A DNA stretch of 64,000 nucleotides from positions 449,337 to 513,336 of the forward strand of contig NMRA01000220.1 of the NCBI GenBank assembly GCA_002633005.1, written 5' to 3'. Position 1 is the stretch's first letter. Each line of letters begins with the position of its first letter. The notes under the pieces are model-generated. The model worked only from the letters and a program-made list of their open reading frames with translations, was not told the origin of the DNA and did not search any database. Of the stretch, positions 1 through 44,401 are shown one piece after another. The translations under genes and the position numbers were made by a program. Source of the stretch: Phoronis australis. Taxonomy: Eukaryota; Animalia; Phoronida.

Positions 1-315
1 GATGAAAAAACAGAAGCTGCTGGTAAGATGTGAATTTTAATCGAAGCCTTAGTGAATCACTCAGAAACTCGCAATACTCTCTTTGTCGAACCTTATCTTA
101 AGACGGTTTCCAAACCAATCCCGTCATTATTGCCAACACGAAAAATGGATTTGGTCTTTTGGGCATTTGAAGACTATTTCAAATACGACAAATTTGTTAA
201 GAATTGATGGCACAAAATATAAAACGTGTAATAAGCATTACAAAAAGAAGTAGGTTTCGCGCGCAAACGCTGTGGCCCATAAACAAGTAAGTCTTTTATA
301 TACTGTAGCTAAATC

Positions 316-392
316 GTGGTGGTGTAGTGGTAACGTGCGCGGGCTCTTTCCGCCAGGTCATGAGTTCGAGTCATGGAGACGTGCATTTTTTT
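316..392 (+). repeat. tRNA-derived SINE-like / pseudo-tRNA fragment
   Basis: A-box-like TGGTGTAGTGG and B-box-like GAGTTCGAGTC followed by a T-run. No complete cloverleaf. Confidence 0.35.
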
Positions 393-3300
393 CCTGTTTG
401 ATACGTTCTCTGTGTTTTTTGCCTTTTTTTCTTGGGTAATACTTCAAGAATCAAGGAAAATGCTTGATTTTTAGAGGTAAAAACAGAACAATTTCCTGGA
501 CGGGAGGGGGGCAAACCCCCCTCCCGACCTCGCCCCATTGGGTGCTATGCGCATCTAGTACAATCGTGGTTCACTTTGCGCAAATGCTTCCAGCCGGACA
601 AAATGTTGGGCCCCCCTTGTGATATCCTAGATCCGCGCCTGCTTAGTAGATAGCGATCATATATAAATCTAGAAAGTCCCAGGACAGTGTCACAAAATTT
701 AATAGAGATTTGAATAAATTTCCAAAATATTACACAGCACTGCTAACTGAAGTCACCAAGTCAACCTCACAATTCATGACCATTTTATTTCCACTGAGGC
801 CATTCCTTTATAATTAAGTAGTGACACATATATCCACTCATGGGAGACACAGCACTGAAAGAAGTGGGTGCCAGTGCGTGGGGGGCTATATAGCCCCCAT
901 GGTGCGCCGCCCATGCATTAACCTGCATAATTTTAAAAACTTTAAATGGAACGAAAATTTTGCATTAATCTCTCACATGTTCCGAGATTATGGTGTGCGG
1001 CTATAGTTACTCCAACAGCGAGCAAATGTGAGCATTTTAGTTAGCCGCAGGCCTGCATGACCCAACCACCCGATAGAACAGTCATGGTGTTTTAACCCTA
1101 TCAAAATGGCCATTGTGTTTGCGGCAGGGAACTTCAGCATTTTAAACGTGACTTACGACATTTGACGAGGTTAATCTCTGTTCCGTGGTCAGTTACTGAC
1201 ACGCTCACATTAGCAGTTACATGAAGGACTTCCAAGATGATTCGCCTGCGGTTCCCTCCGGGCAAGTATTTTTTTCTGTCGGCAAGTGAAATTCTAGGTT
1301 TACTTGCTCGACAGTAATCTTTTAAATTTTCCATACATTCATACATTTGGGTAGTCAGTCGAGATTTCAATGCAAAGCACAGCTTTTGCATAGCATTGGT
1401 CACTGGAGACTACATGTATTAATCAAATAAAACCATATATATTTTTCCAGGGAGGACTGTCAGCTCCCTTTTCGTTTTTTTAATCGTACATCACGTACTC
1501 AGTCAATACAATTACCTAACAACCTGACAGAGCGCGTAAACCATGCTGTTCATTTTCCGTTTTTTTTTGGAAATCATAAAGTGGGGACCAGCCGTTAAAT
1601 TGATATCCATGCGAACACCATGTTCGGGCAAACTTGGACTGCGTAAAACACTCCTTACCTGTACTTCATTGCCTTATCAAATGTTGTCCGTGCACCGATG
1701 GTACAGACCACAGCAATAGATTAAAACTTTCCTAATCTTTCTTTTGAGAATGAATTTTCATGACAAAATCGAATTTCGCTTGAAGCCATATCATGTACTT
1801 AATATACTAAGTGAAAAGGGAAGTATTACCCTACGCCCAACTCAGTGAGTTAATGCCTGTCGAATAGCCAATACAATTTACGTTACACACGTCCCACCAT
1901 AAATTATTCATGTATGCTGTTGGCACGCCAACACTGTGCACTGGACAAATGATTTCCCCTATGTTACCGCCAAATGCGCCCATACTGGACATAATTAAAC
2001 ATATACAATAAACAACTAGAGCACGAAAATTTTAAGTGCAATAAAACCAAAGAAAATGGATGAGAGAGAGAACTTATATTTCTTTTCAAACGATACATAC
2101 ATAACAATCAGTGTTTGAGTAACTAAAAACCCAACGTTATTTTAAACACCATCTTGGCACCGAAGTCCAATCGGCCCAGTGGGCCATCAAAACATGAAAA
2201 TGAACAATCATGTGATAAAACTATATCAGATGCAGCCAACTCAATCACCTCATCCACTAAACACGTGTAATGAAGACCATGCAATTACACTTTAGTCAAC
2301 CCATAAAAGAGAACAATGCATCACTTTAAGCATAGTTTCTTATCCAACCAAAAATTCAGGGCATTTACACCGCAGTTCACACGAGATGTTACAAATTTAA
2401 CTGGTAAATAACAGACAGATGCTTTAAGACAATGTAGTGACATCAAAATGAAAACGAAAGCAAGAACTAATCAGAAACTACCTGCTTTAAGTCTGTACAT
2501 TTAGCAAAATATCTTACTAACCATAAAATTACTCAGCAAAAGTATATTTTCTCCATTAAAGTAAAAATTCCAGAGAATTCATACCAATCAGTCACTAATC
2601 AAGTCACGGGACCTTGGATAATTTAGCAAAAAAGGTACATTCATAGCAAAACAATGATACAACCAAATTTCCTATGCTATAAATGTTCAAGATAAAATTT
2701 CGAAAAAGCCGTTTCTGTTTTCTAAATTCTCATTTCCTTTTTTGCAAATTAAGTTTTTTTCATAAACATCACTTAAGTCATATTTCTGAGAGCCCCTCAT
2801 ACAAAAGTGGGACATTCTAAAACAATTCCGAACATTGTTTTGGAGAACAATGCATAAACCATAGTATCACAAAGTTTCATGTGGACTGGTCGAGCCATTT
2901 CCGAGACATAATGTTCCAAGTTGGCCAAAATTGAACAATATTCAAGGCTCCTACAAAGCCTTAAGAATTTAGAAAACAATCCAATGTAAACTGATGCTCA
3001 TCACAATTTTACGAACACAACCACATCTTGTGTTATCAACTTTATTTTCCCATACTGCACTGAAATTTCTAATAACTCAAAATCGAACATCTTTGGCCTT
3101 GTTTTTAATCAGGGTCTTCAGTAGCCATATGTCTCACAGCACATCATCTCTTTAGTTTCATTGACAACAGAACCATTTTACCTACAAAAATTGACAAAGC
3201 AGATGCAGTACTGAAACAACACACAGCTCGAGTTCAAGTGAACAACCTTATTTCCCTAAAATAGTATATTGTATCAAAAATGGATCAGACTCCTCATCTT

Positions 3301-5450
3301 AGCAAAAGTCGAAATGCTGCCAAACTGTCAAAAACAAAGAGAATTTTAACATTAATAAACTTCTTAAACATGACAACTGGCTTCTTTGAGACTTATAAAA
3401 AATCTCAAAACATTTAAAACCATGGTCAGTGAAGCTACCAACATCTTGTGAGGAGAAAACGCAAGCAGGCATTCTCAACACAACTGAGAACTCTTCTGAA
3501 TATTGAATTAGTGCATTCAAAATCACTTCAATCAGAAAACGTAAAATTTGAAAGGATTCCAATAACACAATGAGATATAAAATGTGAAATTTCAATTAAT
3601 TCGTTTGCATCCGGTTTAATTATAACCTTTCATAGACTTTTCCTCTTCACCACTCAGAATCTTCACTCTGCAAAAAACAGTCAACAAAATGACAGACTAG
3701 CACATCACTGGTATGTTTTACAATGGCGTCTTTGAATATCCAACCGCATTTACCTTTTACTGTAGTGTAAAATGTTCATTACTATATTGTTGTGTGCTGA
3801 AGTGTATGGCAATATGCTCACATGAATGATGACTGTTACAATCCTATTGTACCGTAACATGGATTTTAAAAGGATACTAAACCATATTCTGGCGATTTCA
3901 CTGACTGCTATAGCCACCTGCTATTGTCTTACATGTACAGTACAATCCGAAAGAATGCAAACAAAAGGATCCGGAAATCTCCAGTCATAATAGGCTGGGC
4001 TGAAGTCTTACTCGTTAGTTGTCTGCTCTCATGACCAAGAATGAAAGGAAATTAACAAGAATGTCAGCATTAAAGGTGGGTAAGACATTCTGTAATTAAA
4101 ATTTTGCCACCTTAATAGTTATTTCCAGGCATTTTTGTTGTTAACAGAATTAGCCGGCACTACGGGACATGATTATTTTGTCCGATTACTTGTCTTATTC
4201 TGTACTCCCCTCCACGAAAATATGAAAGAACTGTTTAGTTAAAACATAGAATGGATACAGTGGGTCGAGATACGCAGTCTCTCGCCAGTCATCAACTGAC
4301 TCTCCTGAAGCGTTAGTCACACCCGACCATTTGGCGATGAACATTTCGCCCTGTTTGGCTGGCTAAAAACAATAATCCAATAGGGACTTTTACACTAATT
4401 ATAAAACCGATTTCGCAAAATTCCCTTAAATTTCCTGTCAGAATTTCGCAAATCTGATGTTGGTTTTGGTTCTTCAGTTAAGAGCTTGAAAAATGTTTAA
4501 AGTGACTACTAATCAGGGTAAAATGCACCTTTAAGTGTTCAGTTGGCAATATCTCTTAATGGTCAAAATTCCGGTTCAGTATCCTTTAATTATACGTGTG
4601 AAATGAGTATATCTTTGTGTCATTTCCTTAGTCCTTATAGTAAAGGGCTAACGGACACAGACCCCGAATGGCAAGGAGAAATCTCATCACCAAGAATGAG
4701 CGATTGTGTCACCAATAAGCAGTTTTTAAAGCTATTCTACAATGAAGGCGTCATCAATTCTTGAACTGAGAAGACGCATGAATGATAACAACTCATCAAC
4801 CATTTCCAGTGCACTAGATAACCTCATGAATAAGCCGTAGAAAAAACACTTGTAGTCTATCAAACATTTTGTGAACACAACACAAATATAGAGGATTTCA
4901 TAAATAATTCAAAGTACCAAAGGTGCATCTTAAATTGTGGATTCTAGTCATCATCTAGGCTTGACAACTTTGATGAGTTTCCAGCTGTGTCAATTTCAAA
5001 GGACTTCCAGCAGAGTGGCAGTACAATCTCTGACAATGTCCAACTAGGTCAATTTCTACTGTGCCGATTTCAGAGGTTATTTTGTTCAAAATGGCTCTTG
5101 TGTTCAAATGGATCCCAAGGACCATAAAACAGTCGAATATTCCTTATGACCTTTGATCAATAAAAATTTAAAATAAGAATACTAGATATGAATACCGTGC
5201 TCCCAAACCAAATATTCTTTATGAACACATTACGTGATGTACTCCTCCTCCAAACTCACTGAAAGCAGTCGTTCTCGTTACCATGGAAATGTGAGCCGAC
5301 AACCAATCAAATGCTTGCAATAAATTGCTGAATATGCTCTCCACAGTACCAGGATTGGAAAGAAAATGACAAAATAGTATCAGTAAGGATGGACGTTCAC
5401 TTTACAACAACATAATTGAATATGACAAGAATACGAATAATACTGTAATA

Positions 5451-6712
5451 AACAAGAGCAACGCGGAGCGTTGAAATGCACCCACGAATGCATCGCAAAT
5501 GGTGTGCTTTTAGGGTTGTTTATTTATGTCATTAAAATGGCCACTAGATGGCGCATCAAATCCGTCTGAAAATCCCAAAAATGTCATCGTTTCTTTAAAA
5601 GAAACCATTTACCAACTTTAATTAAAATTTGCCGAGGAAATTCAGAGAAACAGAGGAAAACAAGGGGACGCAGTGTTCATCAGATCAGTCTAAAAGTTGT
5701 CACTTTCTCTTGTTAACTTCATATAAATACACGTGCTAAATTTAATAGAGATCCTGCAGAGGGCTTAGGACACACAGGTAGGGGTGCAAAAAACAAAACC
5801 GACACTAGGAGGCACCACAGTAGTCGAAGTCATCAGAAAACCATCGGCAACCGTCCCCTTCATAGAAAGTACATACATGCCAACTTTCTTTAGAGTGGTT
5901 TGGTTGACAGAGGGACGAACGCCACAAAACAGACTCAAAAACAACAAAAATGGCCACTAGGTGGTGTAAAAAACCTTGAATCAATCCGAAGATGAATGGC
6001 TAGCGTCAACTCACTAATGGAGGTCTATGTGCCAAATTTTATGGAAATCTGTTGAGTACCTTTGAAGATACAGCGATAAACATAAAAAACTAAAATTGCC
6101 ACTAGGGGCACACTGGTAGACCGATCTGTCCAAAAGGCGTCGTCGTCTGTTGTCAACTTTATATAAATACATTTGCTAAATTTAATATAGATCCTGTAGA
6201 GCGTTTAGGAGATACAGCCATGGGCGCAAAAACAAACAAAACTGCCACTAGGAGGCGCCACAGTAGTCGAAGTCATCGGAAAATCATCGTCAACTGTATT
6301 CTTTATAGTAAGACCATACATGCCAATTTTTACAATCATCCTTAGAGTGGTTTGATTGTTANAAAACGGCTCGAAAATAGTAAAAAATTGCTAGTAGATG
6401 GTGCAAAATCTATCTTAGCAATCCGACAACGGGAGGATTTCGCCAACTCATTAATAGATGTCTATGTACCAAATTTCATGAAAATCGGTTGAAGACCTTT
6501 GAAGATACAGAAGCAAACGTAAAAAACTAAAATTGCCACTAGGGGGCACAGCGGTATTCGGGTCGGTCTGAAACTCTGTCGTAAACCCCCATAGGAGCCC
6601 ACCTGCCAAATTTCAATACGATCCTGCAAGGGGTTTAGGAGATGCAGCCATGGACCCCAGACAGAGATGACGGCAATGTGCGCCCACATATAAATATGTG
6701 GGCGCATAAAAA
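5451..6712. mobile_element. Helentron-associated (HINE-like) non-autonomous element with an internal ~146-bp tandem array
   Basis: Starts AACAAGAG. The subterminal ATGCACCCAC matches the reverse complement of GTGGGCGCAT near the other end (9/10). A terminal stem-loop TGCGCCCACATA-taaa-TATGTGGGCGCA (6679-6706) is followed by an A-run. Internal diverged ~146-bp monomers. One N at 6362. Confidence 0.6.
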
Positions 6713-7624
6713 ACGCAAGTGTGCTTAAAAGAGTAGGCTTTGCAGTTTTCTATTGATTGATATCGTAGCATTGATCACAGCTACCAGATTAGTCTGTGAC
6801 ATTTTCAGTTGCAGTTATAGGTGCTTAAAACACAAAGTTCAACAAATAGAATTTATTAGGCAAACTAGTAATTTGTCGTTAAGATCAAATTAGAACTGTT
6901 TTAACAAATGTCATTTAATGCCCTATTCAAACCTGAGTGAAAGTGAATAGTTTAAATTCAATTTATAGTTAACTAGATGTAGATGACATAATCAAACACA
7001 GAAGTGTCATTACCGCAAGAACACCGCATTTGTGCGGATTACGTGGTCGGTCTAGCAGTCGATGAAAATCAATTCATTCAAACCACGATGACACAACCTA
7101 TATGAAAGAAAAAGAGAGACAGCATTTATCATGGTTCACAGGTTAGTGTCTAGGACCACATTCCAAACCAACAAAAATGGTGACAGGAAATGTATCGGAC
7201 AACAGCAGTAAAGCACATGTCCCAGACAGCATTCAGAGGATGACTGTTGTTAAATGGTGGATATACATGACTGCTACACTTGAATGTCACAATGGAGAAT
7301 ACGAAATATGATGCACTTCCTGTGCAGGATGAACTATTTACAACCAATACCTGTACTCCAGCGGCCAAACCATTCTCAAACAGACTAGTACATTTGATTT
7401 CCTACGCCATACCATAGGTTCATCTTATCCTAAAAGATAAAACAGGATTTTCATATACCAGCATACTTAACGATACAGGTCCACTATCTTGGTCCATACT
7501 ACCTCCGCGACTGGGCTTAGATCAACCACAGTACCGCAAATTGTCTGGTATCTTGTACACAAGTCATCAAACAATTACAGTTCCCCAACATATACTTAAA
7601 ACATGATACATGGCACATCCGACG

Positions 7625-29301
<21,677 letters not shown>

Positions 29302-29620
29302 GATGGAAATGTGAATGTAGCAGCCTAAAATAATAAATAAAAAATGGACATAAATTGTAATATTTGAAAACAAAACAAATAAATTATTACTAAAAATATC
29401 AAAAGTATATAAAAGTTATTTTTGTTTTTATTGATCATTTAATGTTCATAAATAAGATAAGTTCCTTCATTTTAATAAATTGTTTGTTTTATATGAGCAG
29501 CCTTGAGTCACGAAAATTCCCGTCTATGATGTCATTTTCCACGAGAACCGTGTTTACAGTCGCCAGAAAAGTTTAGTTGATGAAATAAATAAAGAAAGTT
29601 GCCGAGTTTTGAAGATCAAA
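29302..29620. promoter_or_regulatory. Bidirectional promoter region shared by PRPF4B (-) and GABARAPL2 (+)
   Basis: Divergent ATGs at 29301 and 29621 leave 319 bp, which must hold both 5' UTRs and promoters unless upstream non-coding exons exist. The core is very AT-rich, with a CRE-like TGATGTCA near 29528. Confidence 0.7.
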
Positions 29621-40530
<10,910 letters not shown>

Positions 40531-43500
40531 AGATGGAAATGAGGTACTGAGCAGTATGCTGCAGACCGGTGATGAAGACTTATGTTTATGGTTATGAATG
40601 GTGAATATTGGCATACAGCAGAGGAAAGCATTTTGGACCAAAATATGGTATATCATGGCAATTTGATGGGGTTGTGAAACAAATTTGATTTGACTGTTTA
40701 TTGTGAGCTCTTAAAAACCAAGTGACATTGCTTTAGCAGCTCTTAACTAAAATAGTTTTACATTTGTACTGTACTCTCCATTCTAAGCACCCTAAAAATT
40801 TCCCCTCGTGTCGTGCTGCTTTGTTGCAATGTATAAACAAAAGAATTTTGTTTTTTCAAAACCTTAACATTTATTCTAACTATGCCAAAATATTGTAGTT
40901 GGTGTTGAATCTTTGTAATTAATCATTTGCTCACAACTCTGTGTCTTATAATTGTCAGAGCAAGTTTTAATATGAATAGCTTGGTTTCTTGGGCATTTTT
41001 TGAATTCCAAAGGTACTTTGACTGCACCTTTCACAAAACTTAGTTATCATTTAGGTTACTTGATATACCAGTATGAGGCAAGTCCTGGTTTCTTCCTTAC
41101 TCCGATTTAATTTGTGGTCTAGGCAAGAGTGAAAAGTTCATTTCTGCTTGAGACCAGATAGAGCGGCTTACGTTGGTGCATCATTTTATCAAGTCATGCC
41201 TTGTGTGGGTCAAGAATGAAACGACAGTTTGTTGTTGAACTGAGCATAGCAATAACTAAGTGTCTCTTCTTTAAAAGAGCAGACATTAACTTTTAATCTG
41301 AATAAAGAACAAGTGGAATGAAAACAGTCTTATAATGATATGTGCGAACCAAATCTTGGTGCTTTTTAGACCTTTTTATACGCCATTCAAAGGAGGCTGC
41401 CATACTTAAGCTGCCATTCAGTGATTGCCCGACTTGTCTCCGTTGAGGTATCCCAATGGTGTTCAGCTGCAGCGAAGAGGGATGCTAACTCTTCTGTAGA
41501 TGGTGAAATGAATAGTCTAAAGAAGGCTGGTTCACAACAATGCCTAATACAGTGTATTCATTCTGTGACAAGTCAAGAAGAGGTCATGCTTAGTCTTGCC
41601 AGGCAGAAATGTTACAGAAACTGGGGGATGTTTTAGGGCATGGGTGCTTATAATAGTGAATGCAGTATTTATATAATGTTATGAAAGTTTTTCTCATTAT
41701 TTGCCATTTTCAGCAACTATTCCAAGGTAAATATTTGAGAATTGTTCTTGATGGTCCTTCTTAATGACGGAATGTTTTTCCATTCATTCATGGACTTTGT
41801 TGAATGTATAGGGCAGCTGGCTAATCATGGTGTTGCAGCACTGTTATGATTAATTTTCTACACTGCGTCTTCACAGGAGCGTAAACCTATTTCTATGGTA
41901 ATGTGTCATTCCAGATGTAAAATTGAGTTGAATCATTAAGCCACCAGTCAATTAGTCCACTAAAATTTAGCTGTCGTGTTTCATTGGACGAAGGGCATTG
42001 TGTCTTAAAATTTGAAATTAATCTGCATGTGACACATTTTGATTTCTTTACGAGTGCGTCATTACCTTTTACCAATAGCAGTTAAGCTATATGATTCAAT
42101 AGTGAAAAGGTTTAGTGTGTAATTATGATAGAAATGATAATTCAAATGACATATACCATTGTTTGGAGTGTTGAACTCATTTGAGATAGAATATCTTCAT
42201 CAAGCAACCACTCATTGTTAAATACTTGGTAATGCGAAATTAATAGTATGCAGTGGTCTGCTACTTCACAAGAACATGTACTTGAACCATGAAGGCAAGA
42301 CAACCTCAATACTTTTACACGAAATTCATTTTATTCTGCAGTCACCAGATTATTTACAAGATCGTGTAAGAAATTAATCCAAATGGCCCTGAATTCACCG
42401 ACGTCACTCCCCTTTGGGGTGATTGGATTAAATTCGGTTAATAATTTGTCGGGTTATCAGAACTTCGAAACTCGTTTGAAATTTGCCATGTTCCATCTGT
42501 AGTGTCCAGTCCATAGGAAGACTTTGAGTTTCATTTATCACGTACAACTGCCATGCATGACTCGCTTGTAATGTCACACCCAAGCCCGACATTGACAAAA
42601 TTTCTTTTATTGTCTAACGTGGAAGTGTTTACTACAACTGTGATGATGAAGTGTGGTTACTAGCATACATCTATCTTTCAATGTTAATGTAATGCTCATA
42701 TAACTGTTCTGGTAGCAATGCTCTGCAATGCAAGAAACAAGTATTTATCTGAGAATTTATGGCGAAATTGAAATGATCTAGTAAGTGTTCATGTCAATAA
42801 TGTCTTAGTTGAATTGCAATATGGCTTTTGACTGTATCATTAAATCGATTCCTTTGCCAATTCAAAGGGTCGCATATTATTTGCAACTTGAACAGAAATT
42901 TAACAGCTTACCTCATGTGTACCAAAGAATAAGACAGAACATAATATTACATTGTCAACTTTAAATTTACTTTCCGATTACTGTATAGACTTCTTGACTG
43001 CTGCGTAATAGTTACCCAAATGTGAATTTTGTTTCATGAAATGACAATGATGATCATTTTTGGAATTGTGTTTTAACTGGTTGGAGAAAACATCCAATCA
43101 TCCGACAAATGCTTCGTGATCTGTAAATAATATGTAAGAATGCAACTGTGACAGTGGACTTTGCATATTGGTGACTGGTTTGCATGCTATGTTTGTATTT
43201 TGTTAATCAGCCAATAAATAATAAATTTGTGAACCTATGCTCTGATTTTCATTGTGCATTAATTGCTGCTGTTGATTGAAATTTTACTTGGTTCATGTGG
43301 CTGTATAGGCTAGCGATATACCAAAATGATTCTAAAATTGAAAGATCAGGGCTTCTTTGTGCCTCACTTAATGTGATAGTCCACAAAGTTGGAATAATGT
43401 AAAATATGATGCAGAAGGTGCAGTATAGACCAACAGGTAAAAGCCACTTATAGGGTCCCACAATTTGAGAATCATTTTTCTTCACTGAATGACAGCCATC

Positions 43501-44401
43501 AAACCTGTTATCAAAATACTGGACTCCTAAAACTGAATATTAATGAAAAACACGTGACGAAACATTAAACACGCAAAGCGGGCTGCCGCTGATAAAGCAT
43601 CTGCACTTGTCCCAGTGTTTTAAATGGATGTTTGTGTTTATATTAAACAGCTGGCCTTTGAAGACGTACAGAAGATGCACGTTGCCTGAGGCAAAGACCC
43701 TTTTTCATAACTTCCTATAAATAGTTTTCTGTAGTCCTTTCAGTACTGGAATAGATCATAGCAGTATAGATAGCGAGCTTGAGTTGAGATAATGAGACCC
43801 TGAGAATTTCCCAGAACCTGCCTAAAAAGGAAGAAATGTATTTGTCACAGAATGCTCAGTCCCAAATTAATAAGAAACTGGTATCTGGTGTATTTGTTGT
43901 GATAGACATCACATACAAACTGAATTTAGGTATCAAACTTTGAGACAAGAAGTAAATCGTACAAATCACATGCTTTAATATGATCTGAATCTTTGGACTT
44001 GCAATAGGACTTGCCTAGCCAATGAAGTTCAAAATCCTGTCAACGGTAATAAAACTTAATATAAAAAACAACAAACAGCAGCGTCCATCACATCTTTACA
44101 AGATCCGTGAAAAAATTTCAACAGAACAACTCGGTATATCAATTCTCCATGTATACATCCACTAACGACTACAAAGTAATTCAGTCTTCAGAAAAATGCA
44201 CCCGATAGACTGGGAGAAAAGCAATCCCGATTTTGTACCGAAATGGACATCTTGGCAGTAGTTCGTTCAAGTAATGGCTGACACATGGGTTGTTTGTGCG
44301 ACCCAGTTGATGAACCGTGCACTGCTGGAGTTTTGGCCAGCACTGCACCATGTCTTCATGGTTGTAATACACCAAGTCGAAATAAACCACATGACTGAAG
44401 T

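Noticed and set aside
1-28. Possible plus-strand exon end (DEKTEAA-G|gtaaga)
   Set aside because: Too short, and no downstream exon was found before PRPF4B.
316-392. Functional tRNA gene
   Set aside because: A/B boxes are present, but acceptor and anticodon stems cannot be formed convincingly, so I treated it as SINE-like.
3081-3130. Minus-strand CTGAAGA..stem..CCAAAG hammerhead-like motif
   Set aside because: Lacks GAAA and stems I and III; no supporting element context.
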